Assembly (NCBI GenBank): GCA_951406725.2
Contig: OX597829.1
Location: 31,930,001-31,994,000, forward strand
Direction: 5' to 3'
DNA from: Octopus vulgaris
Lineage: Eukaryota
Length of the DNA stretch: 64,000 bases
The translations under genes were made by a program, and so were the position numbers. Of this stretch, positions 28,722-41,990 are shown piece after piece; positions within the stretch are counted from its first letter, which is position 1, and each line of letters begins with the position of its first letter. The notes beneath the pieces are model-generated. The model was not told where the DNA came from. It saw nothing but the letters and a program-made list of their open reading frames with translations, and did no database searches.

Positions 28722-28956
28722 CTTATTTCTTTATTGCCCACAAGGGATTAAACATAGAGGGGACAAACAAGATCAGACAAAGGGATTAAGTTGATTACAT
28801 TTACCCCAGTGTGTAACTGGTACCTAATTTATCAACCCTGAAAGGATGAAAGGCAAAGTCGACCTCGGCAGAATTTGAACTCAAAACGTAACGGCAGACA
28901 AAATACCGCTAAGCATTTCGCCTGGCATGCTAACGTTTCTGCCAGCTCGCTGCCTT
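28722..28956 (-). mobile_element. SINE family B monomer
   Basis: Reverse complement of the array unit plus the ggcagcgagctggcagaa head. Confidence 0.85.
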
Positions 28957-29385
28957 AAAATTTCTATCTTCTAAATTCATTCCCAAAGCATTGGTTGGCA
29001 CACGAATTGGGACTGAATCCCAAACCATGTAGTTGCGGAGTGAACCACAGCCATGTCCATATAAATAAAATAGATGGTCTGATCGTACCTGATGGCAACC
29101 TCGACATGGATGTTCAACATTTCAGAAATAAACAGCCAAACCTAATCAAATCGCACCCAGTTATCTTAAAAATAGAAAAAAAAGAAAAGGATAATGCAAT
29201 CACAAATACCAAAGATAAATGGTCACAGCTGGAACTCCTTTCGTTATGCGTCTATGAACATTGACATGGGGCTGAACAACATAATTAGTCTCATCAATAA
29301 AAAAAATTACTGAGTGTGCATGACGGTGAAATTGCTCCTCTTTGATATTGATTATTTTGCACTAGACACTCTGTATACTAAAGGT

Positions 29386-30537
29386 GGCAGAGGTAAAGAT
29401 CAAGGACCTTTGGGATTTTTTTTTTGTTTTTTGTTTTACAGGAACACACTGTAAATTCCGAATCTGCAAAAAAAAAAAAAAAAAGAGCATTTCAGAATTT
29501 TAATTCCCACCCGCTTCGCTTCATTTCTTAAATTTTCACTTTTCTAAAGAATGTTTTTTTTTTTTGTGGAATACGTGGAAAAATACGGAGATTATGATGC
29601 TGAAAAAAAATTTGTAGAATTTAAATTTTTCAAAAAAAACACCTCCCCTCCGCCCTATGACAAGAAGTGACATTAAAGTGTCTTCTCTACTAATGTTTCT
29701 TGACAAACATAACCCAACATGTTGTGGTTTAGGGTCTTTTGGAATTAAGAGAGATATTTAGAAATTTGATCCTCACTTTGGCCGTTGTGTTTAGCTTGTC
29801 AGACTTCCAGTTTGGGCATATTAAAAATGAAAGATTTTGAAAACCCGCAAAATACGTTTTCATTCTTTGCCCCTCTGGCAAAGAAAAAAAGAGAGTGGGG
29901 GAAATTTCACTTTCTGTGAGAGTGGAGGGGAGTGGTGTTTTTTCTTTTTTTTTGAAAAATTGAAATTTCACAAACAATTTTTTTAGACTTATAATCTCCG
30001 TATTTTTTTACGTATTTCGCCAAAAAATATTTCTAAAATAGGTGTAAAATGAAGAAATTGGCGTGGGGGAGGGGGGGGGGGGGGTAAAGTTTTGAAATTT
30101 TTTCTTCTTTGATAATTCGTATTAAAATTTCGAAAACGTGCTTCTGTTTAGATACTTTTTGCGTCTGCTATTTTATAATTCTGTGCATGCGTGAAACATC
30201 AGTAGAGAAAACGCTTTAATTTCACTTCTTGTCATAGGACGGAGGGGAGGGTTTTTAAATTTTTTTTTTATTTATTATCCATTTTTTTGAAAACTTGAAA
30301 TTTTACAATTTTTTTTTCAGAATCATAAATTTCTGTATTTTTCTACGTATTTCGCCCCACAATTTATTTTTTTTTTAAGTGAAAATTTAAGAAATTGAAA
30401 TGTGGGTGGGTGGATGAGTAAATTTTGAATTGCAGATTTGGAACCTCCACCCTCGATATAGTGCATTCCTGTAAAAAGTAAAAAAAAAACAAAGAAAAAT
30501 CTCAAAGGGGGTGCGGTCCATGATCTTTACCTCCGTC
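29386..30537. repeat. Foldback-like element with ~310-350 bp imperfect inverted arms
   Basis: 29386-29700 is the reverse complement of 30192-30537, e.g. gaggtaaagatca/tgatctttacctc and cctatgacaagaagtga/tcacttcttgtcatagg. Confidence 0.8.
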
Positions 30538-30649
30538 CTACAGGTAATAATAATAATATGCGAATTATATATATATAAAACGAACCATATTTCTGAATTA
30601 CTCACAAATTACTAGTAAAAAGTGTATTTTATCGCCTCTAAAAAAAGTA

Positions 30650-31331
30650 ACCCTAAAAAAATGCTCACAGAATCATAGCGAGTGATGGCGAGGTCGCGTC
30701 GTTGCTTAAAGAAACCAAGCAACCTCTCGATCGTCGTCTGATAATTATATTTCGGCGAGGTGAGATGTCAGTGATGACAGAAATAATGTTATTGCCAGTC
30801 CGGCTGTCCTCAAACGTCTCATATTACCACAGATTAAACTATATAATTCGCCACACTACCTCTACCCCCACTAAGAATGTCTCTCATTACTTATGTATAA
30901 TTTTACACATTAAAAAAAAAAAAAAATATCTTCATCTGGTTTCGGACTACTTAGGCTTCGGCAAGAAAAAATGTTTTAAAAAAATCAATATTTCACATGA
31001 TATAATTTTTTTTTCCAGTCGCAACTAATAAAATCAAGATTTTAATTGCATCGGTCTTCGAACCTGTTCAGTTATGTAGCTGATCTTTTAATCAAAGGCA
31101 TACCGATTCAGACCATTCCGTCTTTTACGGGTTTCATGAACTTATATTAATATATCAAAAAGTTTTGCTGCTATTTTTAGCGTTGCGAAACGTTAAAATC
31201 ATCTTCTCCGCGTTCACTTGATGAATAACGACTTCTTTCTTCTTTTCTGAATGGTTTTCGCGCTTTATTATTTATCTACCAATAAGCTTCTCTCTCTTTC
31301 GAAGTCTCCCGCCACCACTAGGCCTGTGTAT
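30650..31331 (+). promoter_or_regulatory. CpG-retaining promoter region and probable short non-coding first exon of PRPS
   Basis: CG dinucleotides are visibly more frequent than in the flanks. Pyrimidine tracts at 31232-31248 and 31287-31300. Donors GTATGT (31328) and GTAAGT (31332); acceptor ctctttatacag| ends at 31422. Confidence 0.55.
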
Positions 31332-31551
31332 GTAAGTGTAAAATATCGTATAAACATATGTGTGTGTAGTTATACATACATACATACACACTTGTATTAC
31401 TTTATTTGTTCTCTTTATACAGGAGACAGCGCTTCTGTTCGGGGGGAACTGTTAAGCTACGAACCCATTCAGAAGAGGCTGAAATTAGATGCCGGGCACG
31501 TCTAAACTAAAAGACAGGAAATCATCCAGCAGTGGTTCCGAAATTCGAAAC

Positions 31552-31673
31552 ATGCCGAATATCAAAGTCTTCAGCGGAACTTCGCATTCCGATCTAACCA
31601 GGAAAGTCTGCGACCGACTCGGTATTGATAAAGGAAAGGTTGTCACAACGAAATTCAGCAATGGAGAAACTTG
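31552..31673 (+). CDS. PRPS1: Ribose-phosphate pyrophosphokinase, coding exon 1 ([15 protein letters not shown]...KFSNGET); possible in-frame upstream start at 31489
   Basis: Matches the PRPS N-terminus. Donor TG|gtatgt at 31673/31674; 122 nt, phase 2. Confidence 0.96.
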
Positions 31674-34600
31674 GTATGTCGTGTTCTATTTATATTTTTA
31701 CAGTATATATTTTTTCTTTGTTTTGGGACGACACGTGGACCCTTCTTGGTGTTAAAATATAATGTAAATATAGAAACCTGTGTGTGTGTGTGTATCTATA
31801 TATATATGATAAACATTAATGTTATGTATAATATAAATTTTAATATGCACGCACGTGAATTTTAATGCAGACGCACGTGCAGTTGTGCAATGTAAGCTGT
31901 ATATATTGTCAATACCTGAACGAGGACCGACCAAAAATTGTTTTTCGTTTTCACTCGGTAAAATGAAAAATTATCGTTCGTAATACAAAAAAGTAAATAA
32001 AATTTAAATTATGAATTATACTTTCATTCTTGCCTTTGAATCTATTCATTTTAGGTAAATATAATTTTTGTGCGTTTATATATATATATATATATTTATG
32101 TACTTTTTATTTAAATAAATAAATGTTTTTTTTATTTTTAATTAGTAGAAAGTTCCAAAAGTGGCTCAAGCGTTGAGAAATTCATGCATGGTACCTTTTA
32201 TATAAATTGTGTTCGTGCGTGCGTGCACGCGCTTGTTCATTTCATTATATTTTTCTTCTTCCTCAATTTCTACAATCTGTTAATCATGAGAGGATAGTTT
32301 GGCTGGTTTACATCTCCAGGTCTTCAGATCATATTTCTATGCATCAACCACATTCCCATCATAATTCTAGAGTGTATAGGAAACACGATAGCTTGCAACT
32401 TAATGCTATCTCTGATAATATTCGAATATTTTGTTTTTTATGATGATGATGATGATGAAGAAGGTAGTGGTGTCTTTGACGCCAACACATGCTGCGTTAC
32501 CAAATATAATTGGTTTACTTATTTTTCTCACCTTGCTCACTGATTGTTTTGCAAACACACACGTACACACTTACTACGTAGATTTTTTTTAAAAAGCATG
32601 AATATGTATACATTTTCATATCAAATATCCTATCCTCCATGCAGTTCTGCGTGTCCTATGACTAAACGTGGGATATACTGTAGTAGTAGTTTTATAGTAT
32701 GTTTATATCAGATACATATATGCAGAGGAATTTTTTTTATTAAAGTGTAATGTGTATATTTGAAATAATACTTAGACATTATGTGTGTAATGCATATAGG
32801 ATATATACCCATTCTATTATATATTTTTTTATAACTTGTGAAACCTCAGACAACGATATATATATATATTTATTCTTCCACGTCGTAACTGTTTCAACAG
32901 TCGGATCATTTGCCAAAACATTAATTCACGCCGCGCGCGCGTATATCTATATATATGTATATATACATATATATAGTGTGTGTGTGTGTGTGTGTGTAAT
33001 CGATTACTTGATTGTGTAAGCCTCCTCCACGTCTACGCTAATAGAGCAGACATATGATCCACACGTTCCAGCCATAACCTTCCTGTCTGTGTTATTTTTA
33101 TTTCTACTTCTCTTCAACGTCGTTCATAGATAATATTCCCCCTTTTTAAGGCGATGTGTTGTTATTTGAAAGAATTCAAGCTGATTTTTAGAGGTAGATA
33201 GATAACCACAGCTATTTCTAGTATGTCGAGCGACCACATATACTATCTCACTTCTTTGATTTCATCAGACAACTGTTGTAGATTATCTTCTGTTCGTTTC
33301 TATATGCATTTTAATGAAATTCACGGTATTTTTGTTTACCAAAAAAGCTGTAATTGCTGAAGCCATTTTTAAATGGTCGTTGAGGGGGGGGGGTTGTCTT
33401 TGTCACATGGTACCATAAGTAGCGTGTGCTCATTACAAGGCAGTTCGGAGATAATTTTTAAGAAGGAATGGGGCTGTTTTAAGATAACAGGGAAAAATAA
33501 TAGATGCGTTTTTAGTTGTTTTATCTTTTTACTTTTCGCAACCGCGTGGTTCTAATTTCAATATCAGTACGTAGCACTGAGCAAGTCTTCGACTCTTATT
33601 TCACTCTAGTCTTGGGTTTATACTTATATACCTTGTGATGGCTATTTGTAGGTGACATTTCCATAAACACCTTCTATATCCCTTACAGCACTAAGTTGGA
33701 ATTCGGTCGTTCAATAAAATGAAAAAATCGATAAAATACCAGACTGGACAAGTAGAAAGTGAAAGTTTAGTTTTCCGATTACTTGGCAATTAACAGAAGT
33801 ACTTGGAAAATGAACGAAGGGAAGCGTTATGCTTTCAACTATTAAATATTTTCGTTGTATAATACTTAAATTTACAGTGAAGGTCTCCTCAAATTGAATT
33901 TTCATCCAACTCGTGTTGAGTCACTTCAACGTAGGGAAATATGGATAATTGCGGATACATTGTCCGAGGGTCCACGAGGGGGCAAATAAAAAAAATTAAA
34001 AAAAGTCCCGTATCTGGTTTGTCATTTTTTTTTTTTTTTATATATGCATACACTCACACTAGCATACACAAGTGTGACTGCTCCTTTGATCGGCAGCAAT
34101 TACTGATAATGATTAAAAAAAAATTGGATCATATATAAGTAGTGAAACATAGGCATGTATTTATATCTTTAGTATCCGATCAGATTACATAAAAGTTACG
34201 AACAATGTTTTATCATCGGACAACTTGTGGTACACATTATAAATTTGGTAATATATAACACTAGAGATAGCAATATATTTGTCGCTGAATTAGTCATCTG
34301 TTTATCGATTTCGTGGCCAGTAACCTCTGATGTCATTTGCAAAAGCACTGACGCTTTACAAGTCCTTCACAAGAGGTCACTAGTGTTTCAAGTATCCATA
34401 ACAACACCAATTAATTTTTTATTTCCGCATTACCATCGCCATCTCAGAACTTACGCAGTGCATGGTTCCCAGGAATGGCATAACGTCCCTGTATTCATGA
34501 AGGTATTCCATGAGACTGTTGTTAACCACACACACACATAAATACATAAGAATGTATTATAAAAGAACGGAAGTATAATAAATAATCAAATAAATGTTGG

Positions 34601-34949
34601 TTCACTTCTACGTGTCAGTTCTTAAGACAGGCCACTAGATCAGTATTTAAACAAAAATAGTATTTAAGATTTTCGCATAAATGTAAAAATATGTTACTTA
34701 TCAGTAGGATTCTTGTTTTTAATAATTATAATTTTAAAGAAGTGAGATAGAAAAATTTACTATGGCAAAATAATAACAGTCTCTAATTTAGGCACAAGTC
34801 CAGCATTTTAGCTGGAATGAGCTATTCATACAAAGTTGCCCTTGGTAGGATTTGAACTAAATGGTATTTTGTCAGATGCTTTAACAATTTAACGACTCTA
34901 CTCCTTAATAAAGGTTTCTAATTTGGGCAGAATACTAGCTATATTCTTT

Positions 34950-35160
34950 TCTACTCTAGGCACTAGGCCCGAAATTTTTGGGGAAGGGGCCAGTCGATTA
35001 AGATCGACCACAGTACGCAACTGGTACTTTATTTATCGACGTCGAAAGGATGAAAGGCAGAGTCGACCTCGGCGGAATTCGAACTCAGAACGTAAAGACA
35101 GTCGAAATATCGCTAAGCATTTCGCCCCGCGTGCTAACGCTTCTGCCACCTCACCGCCAT
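34950..35160 (-). mobile_element. SINE family B in PRPS intron 1
   Basis: aaaggatgaaaggc...gtcgacctcggcggaattcgaactcagaacg. Confidence 0.85.
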
Positions 35161-38100
35161 ACTAGCAGTATTGAGAAGAGGTAGATTAGTGGATTGTATA
35201 TTGTCTCTGGTACTTTTATTTTATCAACCCTGAAAGGATGAAAGGCAAAATATACAAACAGTTGTCAATTAATTTGAGCTTCAGAGCAGATGTGTTTAGT
35301 TTCTGCATCTCAGCTCTTTCATACCCACGTGGGTTTGCTAGAAAGGCAGTTTGCTTCCTGCCCTATATAATAAGTGTAGTAGTAGTAGTAGTGATACAGA
35401 TGATCATAGTAAGAATAATATCAACATACACTAAATAACCTAATACAAAATATACTTCCATTCACCACTAAAATACATTTGCTGACTGTGACCCATTCTT
35501 GGTCAGCTAGTTAGTCACTTGTTTTTTTAACCAGCAGAGATGAAAAGGTCAGAGGTTTAGGCTATTTTTAGAATACTAACACCACGTGGGTGAAATACTT
35601 TGGTTGAATTTGTATTTAGTTCTGATGGGATCTGAAATGCATTTAATAGCACCCTGAACAAGTGGCAATTAACACCAGATGCAGAATTTTGCAGTGTGCA
35701 CCTAGTTGCAGCAGAAATGGAAATAAGCGATTGACTGCAGAATAAAACTGTATATATAAATCTCTTGTTCTCCTTAATTATTAATTTATCATTTTTTCTC
35801 TACCAACAACATGCAGTCTATAGAGAATGGATTTGTTGATATGAAAATCTACTGAGGGATAGTAAAACAACTAGAGTTTTTCTACACTCTCAGAGGTTAG
35901 CCGGCATTATTTAACTGGTAAAAGTGAATGCGGTACCCTCCAGGATTGTACATCCCTACCAACCTAATTTAGAAATTTACCTTGTGTGTGTGTGTTAAGA
36001 AGGGCGTCATACTGTGCCAAGCTGACATGAAGCTCAATGGAGGCCTGTGGCTCACCAGATCTTGTCAAACAGTCAAGTACATACCAGTATAGAAAAATGA
36101 ACATTAAATGATGATAACTATAGTAAATTTAAGATTTACTTTTTTGAATTTTGTCCTTTTTCTCACTTTTCTCTATGAATCATTTTTCATTCATAAAATG
36201 AATGATAATACTAAAGTGATTCATAAAATGAATCATTTAAATATTAATGGTGTTCAATCAATTGGGATGTTTCCATACAAGGCCATCAAAATATTATGAC
36301 TTTGAAAATGAAGCTTAATCATTTGCCTAATGAAGTTTAGAATGTAAAACTTCGTAGAGGCTGGTAAAGCACTAGGCTAAGAAGATGCAATATTATAATT
36401 GATAAAATAAGTACCTGTAATGTTATAATCACACACCTCTCTGTTTACCATTTAACTATACCCAAACACAGAGAGCATGACAGTAGAACGATTTTAGTCT
36501 ATCCCAGTCTTAGGTATCAGGGAGACTGGCTAACAAGAAACAGATTGTACTATTTTTCTGGATTGCCCGCTATTATTTGTTATTGTTGTAAGAGTGGTGG
36601 GTTGTTAAAGCACCAGGGAAAATGCTTTGCAAATCTCATTGGGTCGACTGCAGAGGCCTTGAGGAGCTGATCACGAGGGATTCAAATGAATTTTAAACGA
36701 TTAAAATCCAGATCCTTGGTTTTTAAAGAAAGAAAAGTCAACAATTTTCATTTTCCACTTGGCAGCATAAAAATCTTTTCTTGAATACGTGCTTTTAAAA
36801 TTGGAGTGTGTCTTACACTTCTATGTCTCTCTCATGCAATTTCATGGAAGGCACTGAAAATTAGTACTCTAGTCAATGCATGGTAGTGGGGTTGAACTTC
36901 TGTATGATGTAGAGGCAGAAATTTTGATGGATTCACGAGATACTTCCAAGGACAGAAAATGCAAATATCACAGACCTCAGAATCTGGCTACAAGGCTCTG
37001 GATGACATGGGATATCAACTGTTGACAGAAGGAATAGCAGATGCTAGTGAGGATGAAGACAGTGTGCCATTCCCCAAAAAACCCAAACAGACAAACCTTT
37101 GATAACATTATTTTACATATTGCTTGTCAACAGAAACTGATATTAGATCTTGTATAGACTTGTGGAATAATAAAATACTTGAGAAAAGTGTTAGCTGGCA
37201 AAATTGTTCAAGAGTTGGGGTAAAAATTGCTTTCTGATATTTGTTCCAATGTTTTATGTTCTGAGTTCAAATCCTGCCATGGTCAATTTTGCCTTTTATC
37301 TCTCCAGGTTAAGCACCAGTCAAGAACTGGAGTCGGAGATATCAACTAATCCCCTCCTTTCAAAATACTGGACCTGCACCTGTATTAAAAACCACCAATA
37401 ATATTAATATGCTAACTTTTTGTTATTGTACATACCTGTTGTGTGCGTCACACTTTACTACAAAGAAGTGGCAAAGCAAGAGAGTGTGAGAGAGAAAGAG
37501 TGAAAGAAACTAAGTGGTGATGGCATTCGTTTTGTGTTTTTAAATGTTTCAGAGAGGAAGTAAGAGAAAGAGAGAGTGGAAGAGACAGTGAACGGTGACA
37601 GCGTTTGTTTTGTGTTTTTAAATGTTTTAGATAGGACATAAGAGAGAAAGAAAGGGACAAAGTGAAAGAGACAGTGAGTTGTGACGGCGTTCATTTCGTT
37701 TTTAAATGTTTATCGCGTAGCAAGAGAAGTAGATACGCACATTGTTACATCAAAAACGGGAGAGGAGGGAAGAGGGATACAGGAAGACAAAGTGAGAGAG
37801 ACAGTAGATACATAAATCCAAAGAAAAGTTTATACATAGATACATACACAGCAAATATTGGGTGTCAATTTCTCTTTCCCTTCTTTTATGTCCCTCTTCT
37901 ACTGCATTTCAATTTGTACATTAAGGTTCTTTGAATATGTACGATATATTTTAAGGTTAAATTAATAATTCCGTTTACGCTTGTGTAACAGATATTTTGG
38001 TTGGATTATATAGTCATTGGTGTTACATTACTTTCTATATTCTGTAACTGTCACTATATACTTTTCTAGGCCTGAAATTTTTGTGGGGAGGGAGCCTCAG

Positions 38101-38239
38101 TTGATTAGATTGATACTTAATTATCAACCCTGAAAGGACAAAAGGCAAAGTTGATCTCGGCAGAATTTGAACTTAGAACGTAAAGACAGCCGGTCATAAT
38201 ATATAAACATTTCTCATGGCGCCAGTACACTGTTTACAG

Positions 38240-39260
38240 ATCATCATTGTTTAACGTCTGCTTTCCATGCTGGCATGGGTTGGACGGTTTGATTGAGGGC
38301 TGGCAAGCCAGAAGGCTGCACCGGTCTCCAATCTGATCTGGCTGGTTAAATAGCACTGGCATAGGGCACGGTTATGGTCTTACTTGGCTTGCCGGGTCTT
38401 CTTGAGCACAGTATATCTCCAAAGGTCTCAGTCACTTGTCATTGCCTTGGTGAGGCCCAATGTTCAATGGTTGTGCTTCACCACCTCATCCCAGGTCTTC
38501 CTGGGTTTACTTCTTCCAGAGGTTCCCTCAACAGCTAGGGTATGATACTTTTTCACACAACTTTCCTCATCCATTCACAACACGTGACCATACCAGTGCA
38601 GTCGTCTCTCTTGCACATTGCATCTGATGCTTCTTAAGTCCAACTTTTCTCTCGGGGCACTTACACTGTTGTGTATGCACACTGACATTACACATCCAGC
38701 GAAGCATACTGGCTTCATTCCTTGCAAGCTTATGCATATCTTCAGCAGTCACAGCCCATGTTTCACTGCCATGTAGCATTGCTGTTAGCACACATGCGTC
38801 ATACAATCTATCTTTTACTCTGATTGAGAGGCCCTTGGTCACCAGCAGAGGTAGGAGCTCTCTGAACTTTGCCCAGGCTAGCCTTCATCTAGTAGCTACA
38901 TTTTCAGAGCATCCATCCCTGCTACTGACATGGTACGAAAGCTAGGTAACGAAATGTGATGGAAGCTGTTCTCTGTACTTTTTCAGTGTTTATTGCTCCT
39001 GAGCATTTGCCACACAAAAAACTATCTTCCCAGTTAGCCTTCCTTTGATATAGCTGCATCTCTTATGTGTCCATAACTTACACTGGGTACATCTTATAGA
39101 GTTTCTACCTACACCTTTTCTACAGATTGAGCAGGGCCATCTACCTGAAGATGGTTTGTAGCCTGTCTGCCTTCTTACTTATTAAGACTGGTTTTTGCTA
39201 GGTTGAGTCTAAGACCTTTCAATTCTAATCCTTGCTTCCACACCTGAAACTTCTTTACAT
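38240..39260 (-). mobile_element. RTE-clade LINE 3' remnant in intron 1
   Basis: KGLSIRVK.RLYDACV..AMLHGSETW and MLRWMC motifs, a Cys-rich CTQC..W.HKRC segment, and a short (GAT)-type tail. Confidence 0.8.
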
Positions 39261-41267
39261 TTTTTGTTTTCCATGAATTTTTAATGGGTCCAGCTAGTTA
39301 TTATCTTTTTTAGATGATTTTGATTAAAATTTCGTAGTAAACTTACCTGTTGCTACCAAATCTTTAAATAATTAGGTAGCCACAGTTACAAATGCAGATG
39401 AATTTCTTTTTTTAAGTCTCAGTTACAAAAACTAGCTTGTATGTGCAGTAGTGTGTTTAAAGGTATTCTTTTGTATATATATTCAGGTGTTTGCACCTGC
39501 TTCTTTTTAAAAGTAATTTATTCATGAAAACAAGGGCATTACTCATAAAGATATACCTGACCTATTACACAATTAAACCCAAATTGCTTAATGCCGCAGA
39601 GTTATAACTGAGGAAGGAAACCTGGACAGTTAGCTTGCAAAGACTAGAAATACGTCATTAAAATACTGCACAAACCTACCTTACAGGTTTGCAACTTGTG
39701 TGGTTGTTCCTCATTCTCCTCCTCTTACCTCATAATTAGCAACTAGGTGTTGTTGAAGCAAAGGCAACATTATTCTTCATTAACACTATGAATAACCGTA
39801 GCTCCTGCACAAGATCTGTGCGTTACCCACTTGTCTAATGCAATTGTTTAGCATAGATATATGTGAAACAAGCATCAAGAACATGTTCTCATCTTTATGG
39901 CCAACGGCTTGGTATGATCAGACAATATTTCAGTTTATCACTACTGCTTCATTGTACAGTGATAGTTGGCCCCACATCCATTGTCTTCATGACTATATGT
40001 CTGAATATATTCAACCTTACAGAACATGACAAAGCTGCTTCATCCTAATTCTCGCTTTAGGTGCTCTTATGGCTTATCACTTTCCTAGTCATATGTTGTT
40101 GATAATAATTACTGTCTATCTTTTGTTTTTATTATATGTTAGAGATGTGTTATCCTTGCTTTATATATTTAATTGTATTTCAAGTAGCAACAACAGTGTA
40201 TTGCTATGAAATTGTTTGATAGGGTGATCACTGATTACAAAGAAGGATGACATCACTAAATCAGTTCATGTCTACATGGGAGAGCAGGTATTAAATATAA
40301 GAGAATGAGTGTTTTAAACCACTCTGAATATACAGCTTAAAAGTGTTCTGTTCATATCTTTCAGTAGAAAGTAACGCAAGATGTTAGTCTGGTGCCAAGA
40401 TGACTTGTAGAAAGTAATTTCTTTGCCAGATATAAAGTAAGACTTGGCTCTTGTCAGGTGGGTTAGTGCAGAAAAAGAACAAGAGGCATTTGTACTTTTC
40501 TTGAAACAAGTTTGAAACTAATTTTTCTGACTAAGAATTTCATCACAAGATTTGAGTTGTGGTTTTTTTTTTTTTAGTCATTCACTATTCAATAGATTTA
40601 AGAATAAATATAAGTTCTAAAGAAAAGAGAACAACTTAGGTTTAGAATATTTGATTTTTATCTCTTGGTGATTTCTGAGCATTGTTCTGTAGTAATTTGC
40701 CTACCTGTGAGAGAGGTAGGGTCTCTTGTTGTTGAGAAAACCAATATTTTATTAGTTGAAGATAATAATTGAGTGCAGCTTATTGGTAGTATGAAACTGC
40801 AAAGAGCTGAACAGCAGAGGGTCTTCCAAGAAGCCCCCTTCATGCAAGTGTTTCAGCCTATAACTCCCTTACACTTCAAGGAGACTGGATGTCATCTGGG
40901 TTATGATTATTAAACACCCCTCTGCTACCACATTCTGTGCCAGTGTACAAAGTAACCCTCCTGAATAGTTAAGATGCCCCAGAGCCAATATTGTAACCAG
41001 TTTATTGTAAGATAGTTGTCTTGGCTAAATTATACCTTTTGAAATTCACATCCATTCCTCATTGACCCAATTCAATTGGAACTCTTCACAGCTGCTACTG
41101 CTATTATTACCTTATGATTTGAGCTCTCTTTCTGCCAGAAATTGAGAGCCACAAAGTATCTATTCCTTATTTGCCTTTAGTATTCGACTTCTGATGCTAA
41201 GAATTTTCAGAAATCCATTTATCCAAGACTTAAAACTTTTATTTGAGTGGACAGGAATAAAACACTA

Positions 41268-41990
41268 TTAACCCTTTCGATACTAACCCAGCCGTAATTG
41301 ACCGAGAGACCCATTGTTATTTAAATGTCAATTTAAGCTCAAATCTCTTTAGCACATTTGTGAAAATATGTGATTTCACTTTGTAAATAGTTGAGTTATA
41401 GTATCCGACATTGTTTAATGTGATATCTGAACTCGGTGAATTTTGGGAGATTTTTTTCCACATTTTTTCGGCGTCTTTTTTTAAATTTTTTTTTTTATCA
41501 ACTTTGAAAATGGATAGGAGTTTCTTACTATCAAGCAGTGATTCCGAATTTAAAGGTTTTTCAACAGAAAATAGGGAGTTATCAAGAAAAAGAATGGTGT
41601 ACTAGAATGAATAGGATATTTCTGTATCCGAAACCGAAAGCAGCGATTCTGAAGAAACTGAAAGCGGCAATAGCAACAGCCAAGACGATTTTACATTGGA
41701 ATGAAGTAAAAACTTTAGAAATGTTTTTATTAGCAATTTTTCTGAGGAGGTCTATCCATGGTCTAGGAAGTGAAACTGTTAGACTTATTTTTTCAGTATG
41801 CTTGTTTGAAGCTATCACTGCAGAAACAAACTGTTATGCAGAATGTAAACAAACAGTATATGCCAGGAAAGCCCATGAAATGGATCAAAGTTTGGAAAAT
41901 TTGTGAAGCAAATACTGAGTACTGCTGTGGATTTAGGGAAAATAATGTTAGTCAGCATAAATGATTAAGAGGAAGATGCTGTAAATATTG
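41268..41990 (+). mobile_element. piggyBac remnant in intron 1
   Basis: TTAA|CCCTTT end. ETN.YA and QYMPGKP.KW.KVW..CE...Y motifs. Confidence 0.75.

Noticed and set aside
31251-31505. 84-aa ORF containing PIQKRLKLD, similar to the c-Myc nuclear localisation signal
   Set aside because: It is out of frame with PRPS and needs intron retention. Either spliced form puts T|GA (stop) in that frame. Probably chance.
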